From a virus (taxonomy: Duplodnaviria > Caudoviricetes), in IMG/VR virus record IMGVR_UViG_3300010429_000387, positions 128,001 to 192,000 of that record: 64,000 nucleotides of DNA; one strand, given 5' to 3'. Below the pieces are notes generated by a model. The model saw nothing but the letters and a program-made list of their open reading frames with translations. It was not told the DNA's origin and searched no databases. The translations under genes were made by a program, and so were the position numbers. Below are positions 8,652 through 16,594 of the stretch, in pieces; within the stretch, counting starts at the first letter, position 1; every line of letters starts with the position of its first letter.

Positions 8652-9605
8652 ATGAAGCCTGAATCCAAGACCAGCACGACCCCCGAGTTCCCCGAGGCCA
8701 CTTCGAGGGACCTCGTCACTGCCGCTGTTGCAAAAGAGGCGGGTATCACAGTCTACCTCATGGAGGAGCTGACTGATGCCCGCCTTCGTTGCGAACAGCT
8801 CAAGAAGTTCGTTGCTCAGGCAGTCAGGCTCGTAGCCCAGTCCAGCCACCGAGACCACTTCTACGAGGTGGCTGGGGATGTCATCTATGGGCTTCCAGAC
8901 TCCTTGTTCAAGCTGGACAAGGCCCTGGCAGCTACCGCTTTGGCGGCCTCTCGGTTGGATTACGAGGAGCTGAAGAGTCAGCTCAAACCAGAGAAAGTCA
9001 CGGAGTTGGAGGACGTTCTGAGGAACGTTCGACTCCGGCAGATTGACCGTAGGGCTCCATTCATTCAGCCCATACCTGAAACTTCAGCAGTTCCTACCAA
9101 TCAACCCCAAGGAAAGACCGCCATGTATAAGGCTGCCTCCACGAACCACATTGCAAGTGCCCTTCGGCGCATTGCCTCTGACGTAGAGGCTGCCCGTATC
9201 TCCCCCAAGGAAGCCTCTCTCCGACTCAATCGGATCAAGATGGCCCTCTCCCAGACGGCTCAGGAAGCTGTTGAAGCCATGGGGAATCTTCAGGCCAACA
9301 GCCGGGAAGAGGTCATGAAGGGGTTCAAGTCGGCCAATCCTGACCTCACTGACGATCAGCTCGAAGAGATCGCTGACCAGTGGGAGAAGAACAAGGATGT
9401 GGTCAAGGACAAGTCCGCTGCGGAAGGTGACATCCCTGAGGGTGTCAAGTTGGTACCACTTCGCATTCCAGTCGAAGGGGACTTGGACTCAAGCGACAAG
9501 ACCAAGCTGCTTACAGCGATCCTGGAGTGTGTCACTGGGTTCAAGTCCCGACTGACAGGCCCCTCGAAGAAGGTGATTGAGCAAGTTTACCTGGGAGACT
9601 TCTGA
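8652..9605 (+). CDS. Helical hypothetical protein, candidate internal head protein (possible internal start 9123)
   Basis: GAGGAG RBS; late-type motif at 8613; KEA, KTA, KAAS, RRIAS, KSAA motifs. Confidence 0.7.
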   Translation: MKPESKTSTTPEFPEATSRDLVTAAVAKEAGITVYLMEELTDARLRCEQLKKFVAQAVRLVAQSSHRDHFYEVAGDVIYGLPDSLFKLDKALAATALAASRLDYEELKSQLKPEKVTELEDVLRNVRLRQIDRRAPFIQPIPETSAVPTNQPQGKTAMYKAASTNHIASALRRIASDVEAARISPKEASLRLNRIKMALSQTAQEAVEAMGNLQANSREEVMKGFKSANPDLTDDQLEEIADQWEKNKDVVKDKSAAEGDIPEGVKLVPLRIPVEGDLDSSDKTKLLTAILECVTGFKSRLTGPSKKVIEQVYLGDF

Positions 9606-9608
9606 GCC

Positions 9609-10631
9609 ATGCGAGACCCCTGGAAAGTATCGTCCGAAGACGACAAGCAGTCCCGGTTCGAGGAGGGCAAGCCTGCTGACCCCACCAAGAACATGAGCCC
9701 CGAAGACGCCAAGGAGTGGAAGGCTCAGAACGACAAGAACAAGGACAACTTCAAGTCCGCTGCCTCCGCCTCTGAGCTGAAAGAGATGCAGGAGCTTCTG
9801 AAGGAGAAGGGGTACGACCCCAAGGATGCCAAGAAGCTCCAAGGCGAGGGGATGGGTACTCATGAGCTGGAGCGTCGTCTGAAGGAGAAGGGGGGTCTTG
9901 AAAGGACCCACGGCCTCAAGAAGAAGACGGCTGCCTCTGAGGATGACAGGATCAACCGCTTAGTTCAGTCCATCGAGGGTGATCTGGAGCAGTTCAAGTC
10001 TGCCTGGAAGAAGTACCAGGGCGACCCTGGGAAGTACAAGCCCCAGCTCGAAAACGCCAAGCGGGACCTGACTGCTATCGGTACCGCTACCCGTACTGCC
10101 ATCCGAACCCTTGAGGGTCTGAGCAAGACAGCCTCCCTTCGCAACTTTGTTCGTTTGGCGAACATGAAGTTTGCCACCATCAGCGACCAGGACACACTCG
10201 AAGGTCTCCTTGAGATGGAGATCGAGTCGATGGACGGGGACCGGTCTGAGGCCAGCCTGAACTCTGAGATCAAGAGTGCGGCCAAAGCCTATGACTCAGC
10301 CGTTGAGAAGTCTCTCAAGGAATGGGCCACCAAGAACCTCGACAAGTTCGACCTGGAAGACGGACCTCTGAAGGGGTCCAAGGATGCTGATGATGTGGTG
10401 GGTGTCCTGATGGACCTCCGTGGTGGGGCAGGATACCTCTACTTCATGGAAGCCGAGGGTCATGGTGTTGGTACTTGGGACGGGGATTGGGATCCCTGCT
10501 TCAAGGAGACCAAGACCATCGAGGAGTTGTCCAAGTGGATGAAGGGCAAGACCAAGGGCCAGTACCAGAAGCTCAAGAGCGCTCTGGAGGAACGGGCGAT
10601 GGAGCTTGTTCCGGAGCCTGACGAGGAATGA
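9609..10631 (+). CDS. Highly charged modular protein, candidate internal head protein
   Basis: K/E/D-rich modules delimited by KSAAS, KTAAS, KTAS. Confidence 0.7.
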   Translation: MRDPWKVSSEDDKQSRFEEGKPADPTKNMSPEDAKEWKAQNDKNKDNFKSAASASELKEMQELLKEKGYDPKDAKKLQGEGMGTHELERRLKEKGGLERTHGLKKKTAASEDDRINRLVQSIEGDLEQFKSAWKKYQGDPGKYKPQLENAKRDLTAIGTATRTAIRTLEGLSKTASLRNFVRLANMKFATISDQDTLEGLLEMEIESMDGDRSEASLNSEIKSAAKAYDSAVEKSLKEWATKNLDKFDLEDGPLKGSKDADDVVGVLMDLRGGAGYLYFMEAEGHGVGTWDGDWDPCFKETKTIEELSKWMKGKTKGQYQKLKSALEERAMELVPEPDEE

Positions 10632-11512
10632 ACCAACCTCTCGTCAGCCGACCCCCCTACGGATCTCCCGTTTCCCAGTCGGGTCTCCCTCAAGGGGACC
10701 CTGCTGGGAAGGGTGTGTCGTTGGACCCGTCCATTCCAGGGGTCTCCACCTACGTCAAGCCCTCTGGGGAGGCCCCCAGGGAGCCCAGCGTGGAAGACTC
10801 CTCCATGTACCGGGTGGATAACGCCGACAACCTCCTAAAGGACCAGGGGCGGCAAGACGAGATAGACCACTCCCAGGCCAAGCCAACCTACCAACGCCCA
10901 GGGGAGCAGAACAGCAGCCCCAAGACCAAGTACCCCTATCGGGATGGGGTACCCAACCGACACAACGCAGCCCTCATCGAGCGTGTAGCTCGGAGGGCTG
11001 CTGATGAGGTCATCGTCCAGAACGTGGTCAACCTCTGGCTGCTCAAGACAGCCCATGAGGTGACCATCCCACTGGAGGGGCAGGTCAAGGTAGCAGTCAA
11101 GCTCTCTGAGGTGGAGTCCGGGCTCAACCCAAAAGTGTTGGAGAGAGCCCAGAAGTGCTCCGTTGGACTCAAGAGGGCTGATACAGGAAACCTCAGGTGG
11201 ATCTTTACTGTTGACGCCGGGAACGGTCCAAAGTTGGTTCGCCTGAAGGCTACCCGCAAGGGGAACACCACAGCCCTCGCCAAGATGGACGTGGCCTTCT
11301 CTTGCTCTTGTAAGGCTTGGAGGTGGCTTGGTTCCGAGTACCATGCCAAGGGGGAAAAGTATCTCGATGGGAAGCCCACCGGGACTGCTTCGACCCCTGA
11401 CATCAAGGACCCGGAGAGGATCAATCGGGTCTGTAAGCACGTTGCCGCTGTGATCAACCAAGTTCGGGGCTGGACAGTCCCGGTCAAGAAGAAGAAGGCG
11501 GCTCCCAAATGA
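10628..11512 (+). CDS. SWIM-type zinc-finger protein
   Basis: CSC...CKH motif (FSCSCKAWRW...VCKHVAAV); ATGA overlap with the previous gene. Confidence 0.7.
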   Translation: MNQPLVSRPPYGSPVSQSGLPQGDPAGKGVSLDPSIPGVSTYVKPSGEAPREPSVEDSSMYRVDNADNLLKDQGRQDEIDHSQAKPTYQRPGEQNSSPKTKYPYRDGVPNRHNAALIERVARRAADEVIVQNVVNLWLLKTAHEVTIPLEGQVKVAVKLSEVESGLNPKVLERAQKCSVGLKRADTGNLRWIFTVDAGNGPKLVRLKATRKGNTTALAKMDVAFSCSCKAWRWLGSEYHAKGEKYLDGKPTGTASTPDIKDPERINRVCKHVAAVINQVRGWTVPVKKKKAAPK

Positions 11513-11540
11513 AGATGAAGATGACAGAGGAGGCTGCTAG

Positions 11541-11954
11541 ATGCCCACATATCAGATCGAATGCCATGAATGCGGAACGACCAGAGACCAACGCCTCACC
11601 TTCTCCGAGTACGACAAGGTGAAGTCTGGTGAAAAGGCCATCCAGTGTAGCAACTGTGGCCTTCCTGCACAGATCGGCTTCTCTCCTGGAACCCTTGGAT
11701 TCGTCCTCAAAGAGGGTGAGTCTGGTGGGTGGGCCTCTAAGTCAATCAAAGAGAATGCCTACCGCAAGAAGAGGCGTCAAGAGATGGCCCGTAGGGAGAA
11801 GGATCACGTATTCAAGGCAAGCCTCCAACCCAACTATGACGGCACAGAAACCGGCACCTGGAGGGAGGCCCAGGAGCTAGCTCGTAAAGAGAAGGGCGAT
11901 GGTTCTGCGCAAACCTATGATCCTCTTGTCAAGAAGGAGCAGGTGGCATCATGA
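11541..11954 (+). CDS. FmdB-like zinc-ribbon protein
   Basis: MPTYQIECHECG...CSNCG signature; GAGGAGG RBS. Confidence 0.8.
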   Translation: MPTYQIECHECGTTRDQRLTFSEYDKVKSGEKAIQCSNCGLPAQIGFSPGTLGFVLKEGESGGWASKSIKENAYRKKRRQEMARREKDHVFKASLQPNYDGTETGTWREAQELARKEKGDGSAQTYDPLVKKEQVAS

Positions 11955-12595
11955 ACACTCGTCTTTTTTCAGTCCTCCGACGCAAGCCCAGTCTTCTGGA
12001 CTTCAGCATCCCACCCAGGCCACTCTCTGAGGGGGTTGCAGGGTATCGGTTCAAGACGGACACAGATCCGGGAGGTACTTTTGCCACTGTGGCGTTCACC
12101 TCTCCGATCTATGGCTTCGTGGACCCAGAGGTAGCGGGTCCTCAGAACGTGATCCAGCCGGGAAACAACATCCGAGTCATCATCGACCCCTCGAAGCATG
12201 GGATTGATGACAACTACGCCTTCTGGGTGAAGCTGGTTTTCGTGGATGGGGCTGATGCTGAGATGACCAACCCGGCCCCCAGTGCGGCCACCCTGGTGCT
12301 CCCACCTTTCGTGGGGAACGAGCAGTCTGGGTTCAACGGAACTGCCCCGAGTGCAGTTGACCTTGCCCACTCGTTGAGGATTGACCTCCCGAGGGCGATG
12401 GAGAACTTCCGAATCCGTAACCTGGATTCTGCAAGGGCTCTTCAGGTGGCCTACCAAGAAGGGGGTCCTGAGGTCACCATCCCCGCTGGGATTGAGAGTT
12501 CGGAGATTTACGGCCTGGTTTCATCTATCTGGGTCCGAGGAGTCGGAGGTACAGCAGCCTTTACGGCGCAATTTGTGTACGCCAACCCCCGCTGA
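11951..12595 (+). CDS. Hypothetical virion protein (beta-rich)
   Basis: 214-aa ORF, ATGA-coupled, in the structural cluster. Confidence 0.65.
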   Translation: MNTRLFSVLRRKPSLLDFSIPPRPLSEGVAGYRFKTDTDPGGTFATVAFTSPIYGFVDPEVAGPQNVIQPGNNIRVIIDPSKHGIDDNYAFWVKLVFVDGADAEMTNPAPSAATLVLPPFVGNEQSGFNGTAPSAVDLAHSLRIDLPRAMENFRIRNLDSARALQVAYQEGGPEVTIPAGIESSEIYGLVSSIWVRGVGGTAAFTAQFVYANPR

Positions 12596-12631
12596 GCCTG
12601 TAGGTGACACCTCTAGCGGTGGGAGACGTGC

Positions 12632-12949
12632 GTGTACCTGATCAATTACCTGAACCTCCAAACCGCACTACAGCTATTTATAGCAGTAGGACGGTTTCGC
12701 ACGGGCCAAGGGTTGATTGGTACTCGGGACCACGTTAACCACGTATTCCGTATTTCAGGCGGGGAGAAGTTTACCCACAACCTCCCCTTCCTGACCATTT
12801 CCGTCTACGTCAACGGAGTTCGGTTGACGTTGCTTGACGATTACGTCATTTCGGAGAGTGGTGGTCCAGGAACCGGGTATGATACTGTCATACTGAGCCA
12901 GGCCCCCTACTCCAATGACCACGTAACCGCCGATTACGTGGTGACTTAG
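12632..12949 (+). CDS. Small beta-sandwich virion protein
   Basis: VYVNGVRL...DDYVISESGG...V.ADY, a motif common in large-phage structural proteins. Confidence 0.6.
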   Translation: MYLINYLNLQTALQLFIAVGRFRTGQGLIGTRDHVNHVFRISGGEKFTHNLPFLTISVYVNGVRLTLLDDYVISESGGPGTGYDTVILSQAPYSNDHVTADYVVT

Positions 12950-12962
12950 GAGTTGGGCCAGC

Positions 12963-13571
12963 ATGGGCGAGACTAAGATCAGATACGGAGTAGTCAGGGT
13001 TGCCGATAATACGGATGACCAGAAGACTGCCGTTGCGATCTTGAACGCCCTGGCCTCTTCGGTCAGCCAGGAGGACCTTCAGGAGTTCATTCTCAGTCAG
13101 ATCAAGAGGATCATCCACGGAGACAACCCAGGGACTTGGCGAGACCTGGTAGGCCCTCAGGGGGTTCCGAGCCTTGAGGACCTAGCTCATCGGAGTGGCT
13201 TCGAGGAGCCTGCAAACTGCCTGTCTAGTGATGCCATAGGTGATGTTGTCCACATTTCCGGGGACAGCGTATCGGGTCGGGTCCAGGTCACCAAGGTAGA
13301 CATCCTCGACTACTCCAAGATGCCAGGGGTGGGGGTGATTGTAAGTAAAGCCTCGGCCACGGACTGCATGATCCTTCGATACGGGATCCTGAATGTGGCT
13401 GGTCTTCTTCCTGGTAAGACGTACTTCGTGGGGGCTGATGGTAGACCCACGAACATCCCCCCGGTCGCACCTTCCGGTGGGAAAGCGTTTGTCCAGGTAG
13501 TAGGAGTGGCAATGGATTCATCCAGGCTGCTGCTCAATCCGTCGTTCAACCTGACAAGGGTGATCACATGA
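12963..13571 (+). CDS. Virion protein with capsid-cement-like C-terminal domain
   Basis: GDVVHISG...GVGVI...GKTYFVGADG...QVVGVA; similar to the C-terminus of 14110..15966. Confidence 0.6.
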   Translation: MGETKIRYGVVRVADNTDDQKTAVAILNALASSVSQEDLQEFILSQIKRIIHGDNPGTWRDLVGPQGVPSLEDLAHRSGFEEPANCLSSDAIGDVVHISGDSVSGRVQVTKVDILDYSKMPGVGVIVSKASATDCMILRYGILNVAGLLPGKTYFVGADGRPTNIPPVAPSGGKAFVQVVGVAMDSSRLLLNPSFNLTRVIT

Positions 13572-14059
13572 ATACCAAATCCAAATCAAATCAGAGGAAA
13601 ACCAAGGCTACAGGCTGGGGCAAGGCGCCTGCCCAGAATCCTGAGCCGGACGAGGTTTCGGAAAGTGTTTCGGGGGAGTCTGAAGCCCAGGGCCAGCTCG
13701 AAGCTGAGAACCCCATCGAGGGGGTTCAGCGAGTTACCGAGTTGGAGGCGGCCAAGTTCTCAGCTCTGGATGCTGAACTGCGGAACACTCTTCAGGGGAT
13801 CCGTATTCTGGACCTGGAAACTGAGACTGCTGAAAACAACCTCCGGAATATCATCGCTAGACATCAGAGTGACCAGGCCCAGCGGCAGAGTCAGAAGAAA
13901 CTGCTGGAGGGAGTCGTGGTCACGAAGCGTGATGAATACACACGCTTCGTGAAGACTCTAGCTGATACCTACGGTCTTGACCCAGCAAAGATGTCTATCG
14001 ACCCGGAAACACGAACGCTTCGGGATCTACGTGGAGATGCAGGTACAGGCGCAGGATAA
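13568..14059 (+). CDS. Coiled-coil protein, possible fibre chaperone; paralog of 36824..37198
   Basis: AKF..L...LDLE...GL.P...ID..T pattern shared with 36824. Confidence 0.6.
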   Translation: MNTKSKSNQRKTKATGWGKAPAQNPEPDEVSESVSGESEAQGQLEAENPIEGVQRVTELEAAKFSALDAELRNTLQGIRILDLETETAENNLRNIIARHQSDQAQRQSQKKLLEGVVVTKRDEYTRFVKTLADTYGLDPAKMSIDPETRTLRDLRGDAGTGAG

Positions 14060-14109
14060 CCCAAGCCCCATAACAGGGGTACGCTCACCGATCTTGAAAG
14101 GAACCAACA

Positions 14110-15966
14110 ATGGCTGCTGAACGCAAACCCCTGTTCATGGACCAGACCGAGGGCTTCCACGAGGAAATGGCCCTCAATGACTACTTGTCGATTGGCAAGT
14201 TGACGATTGCTGCCCCTGGCTCGGGTGGTGTCGGCATCTTGATGGGTGGCAACAAGATCACCGGTCTTGCAGATGGCACTGCAACCGGTGATGCCCTAGC
14301 TTGGGGTCAGAGTGGGGCTTACCTAGGTAACACCACGTTCACTGGCAACGTGGACATGAGTAACAACCTCATCCAGAACCTTGGTACCCCCGTCCTTCCA
14401 GACGATGCGGCCAACAAGGCATACGTGGATGCTCTTGCCCAGGGCCTAGACCCGCATCCTTCCTGTATTGTCAAGGTGGCCCGTGGTCTTGGCACTCAGG
14501 CCGTCCTGGTTGGTTCTGGTGGCTCTGGTTCGGTGACCCTCACCACCGAGACGATGCAGGTCAAGCTCCACAGTGAAGCTGCTTGGACGACCATCACCTT
14601 CTCCAGCCCGGCTGACATCGCAGCAGTTGCAGCCGCCATCAACACCCAGTACGGCTCGACCATTGCCTTCGTCAACGGCAACAACATCGACCTGAAGGAC
14701 ACCTACTGGGGCAAGAACTCCAAGGTCGAGACCCAGAACGTTGCCGCCCAGATCACGACCGATGTTGGTATCCCCAACAACGGAAGTGCCACTGGAACCG
14801 GGTTCACGGCTGCTGGATCTGGCGTAGGCAAGACGCTCACTGCTCCGACCAATTCGGCCACCTACAACTCCATCGACGGGTTCACCTTCACCGCTACGGG
14901 AGCCTCCCAGCGTGTTCTCGTTTCGATGGAAGGTGGAGCGGATACCGTTGCCGATGTAGACAACGGTATCTATTACGTTTCTGCACTCGGAAACGGATCC
15001 AGTACCAGCTTCACTCTGACTCGTGCTACAGACTGTGACCAGACCAGCGCTACTGAGTTCCATCAGGGCGTCTATGTGTATGTCACATCTGGCACCCTGA
15101 ACAAGGACACTGGTTGGAGCTGCGTCACCGTAGACCCGATCACAGTGGACACTACCCCGAACGCCTGGTCTCAGTTCTCGGGTGCCCCGAGCTACACCTA
15201 CGACCAAGGCTTGAAGAAGGTCGTCACGAGTATCCAGGTGGACCTGGATGATGGGGCGGATGCTCAGGGCGTCGGAAATCCATCAGGGACCCGTAAGTCT
15301 GGCTTGGAGTTTGATGTAGACACTGCAAGCGGCAAACTCCGGGTGGCCGTTGCGGCTGCTGGTGGTATCCAGCGCAACCAGACGGCTGGTGGTATCGAGA
15401 TCAAGGTCAACACCACCCCCAACGCCACAGTGGCCGTGGGTGCAGGTGGCCTCTCGGTCCTCGGTGTTCCGGCTACCTTCACCATCGGTGGAACGGCAGT
15501 CAGTGCCAACGTCACGGCAACCAACCTCAACACTCTGACGGCTGGCTCGTCCAGCAACGCTGACTCCCTCCACACCCACTCCAGCCTCGTGAGCACTTCG
15601 GCCCCCAAGGTCATCGTGCCCATGACGGCTACCTCCGGTAGCACTGTGGTTGCTGGGGACCCCGTGTACATCAACGCCAGCAACACGGTGGATGCAGCGG
15701 ATTGTGCCGTTGACGCTAAGTCTCGTGTCATTGGCCTCTCGCTCTCTGCACCTGGGGCCTTGGATGCGGTCAGCGTTCAGGTCACGGGCATCATGACGGG
15801 GATTCTCTCGGGAGCTTCGGCTGGAGCACCCTACTACCTCGCCACGACCCATGGCCTCAGTAATGCCCTGCCCTCTGGCGGGAAGCGAGTGGTTCAGTGT
15901 GGCTTCGCATTGAATGCCACCGACTTGTTCATCCGGATCGTGGACTACGGCAAGAAGGCTGCCTGA
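14110..15966 (+). CDS. Head/tail fibre protein
   Basis: G/T/A/S-rich; fibre repeats (NKITGLADG, DAANKAYVD), DNGIYYV...LTRATD; cement-like C-terminal domain; AAAGGA RBS. Confidence 0.75.
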   Translation: MAAERKPLFMDQTEGFHEEMALNDYLSIGKLTIAAPGSGGVGILMGGNKITGLADGTATGDALAWGQSGAYLGNTTFTGNVDMSNNLIQNLGTPVLPDDAANKAYVDALAQGLDPHPSCIVKVARGLGTQAVLVGSGGSGSVTLTTETMQVKLHSEAAWTTITFSSPADIAAVAAAINTQYGSTIAFVNGNNIDLKDTYWGKNSKVETQNVAAQITTDVGIPNNGSATGTGFTAAGSGVGKTLTAPTNSATYNSIDGFTFTATGASQRVLVSMEGGADTVADVDNGIYYVSALGNGSSTSFTLTRATDCDQTSATEFHQGVYVYVTSGTLNKDTGWSCVTVDPITVDTTPNAWSQFSGAPSYTYDQGLKKVVTSIQVDLDDGADAQGVGNPSGTRKSGLEFDVDTASGKLRVAVAAAGGIQRNQTAGGIEIKVNTTPNATVAVGAGGLSVLGVPATFTIGGTAVSANVTATNLNTLTAGSSSNADSLHTHSSLVSTSAPKVIVPMTATSGSTVVAGDPVYINASNTVDAADCAVDAKSRVIGLSLSAPGALDAVSVQVTGIMTGILSGASAGAPYYLATTHGLSNALPSGGKRVVQCGFALNATDLFIRIVDYGKKAA

Positions 15967-15988
15967 TAACCCAGCGGTAGTACGGTAG

Positions 15989-16041
15989 ACCTTCTGTGCC
16001 GATAGATTCTACCAGGACTCTTCGGCACAGAAGGTTTTTTT
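15989..16041 (+). terminator. Rho-independent terminator
   Basis: ACCTTCTGTGCCGA...TCGGCACAGAAGGT 14-bp stem followed by T-run. Confidence 0.8.
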
Positions 16042-16056
16042 CTAAGAGGGACCCCT

Positions 16057-16593
16057 GTGGCAATAGACCGAGTACAACCTCTGAAGCTCGAAGCCCCCGA
16101 CACGGGTGGAGAGGACACTGACGAGTTTCCTACTGCGGTCAACGTCCAGGAAGATCACATCGAGTGTGCAGGTATCGTTCTTGATGATGCAGATCATCGG
16201 GATGAGACTACTCGAATCTGGAGGGTAGGGGACAATCTCACCTTCATAGACCCCTCTAATCCAACCCCACACACCCTTACCGACTTGCTTGCTGGCTCGG
16301 GTGGGCTGACTGAGGAGTCTCATCGGCTCCTCGACCAGCTCACTCACGAGATCGACGAATCAAGTTTCGATGAGATCACCAGGGTCAGTGGGAAAGTCAC
16401 GAACATCACCGTTTGGGACGGACCCTCAAAGCTCAAGAAGATCCGGGAGGCGGTCATCTCCCGCACCGGAGGGAAGGTCTCTCAGATCGTGACCACTCAG
16501 TACGATGCAGCAGGTTTGGTCAAGGAAACCCTGACCGAGGTCATCGCAAGGACCGGCGGAAAGGTTGTTTCGATCACTAGGACGAGGTCTTGA
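16057..16593 (+). CDS. Hypothetical fibre-associated protein
   Basis: GTG start with GAGGG; three repeated R-x-x-GKV-x-x-I units at the C-terminus. Confidence 0.65.
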   Translation: MAIDRVQPLKLEAPDTGGEDTDEFPTAVNVQEDHIECAGIVLDDADHRDETTRIWRVGDNLTFIDPSNPTPHTLTDLLAGSGGLTEESHRLLDQLTHEIDESSFDEITRVSGKVTNITVWDGPSKLKKIREAVISRTGGKVSQIVTTQYDAAGLVKETLTEVIARTGGKVVSITRTRS

Positions 16594-16594
16594 G

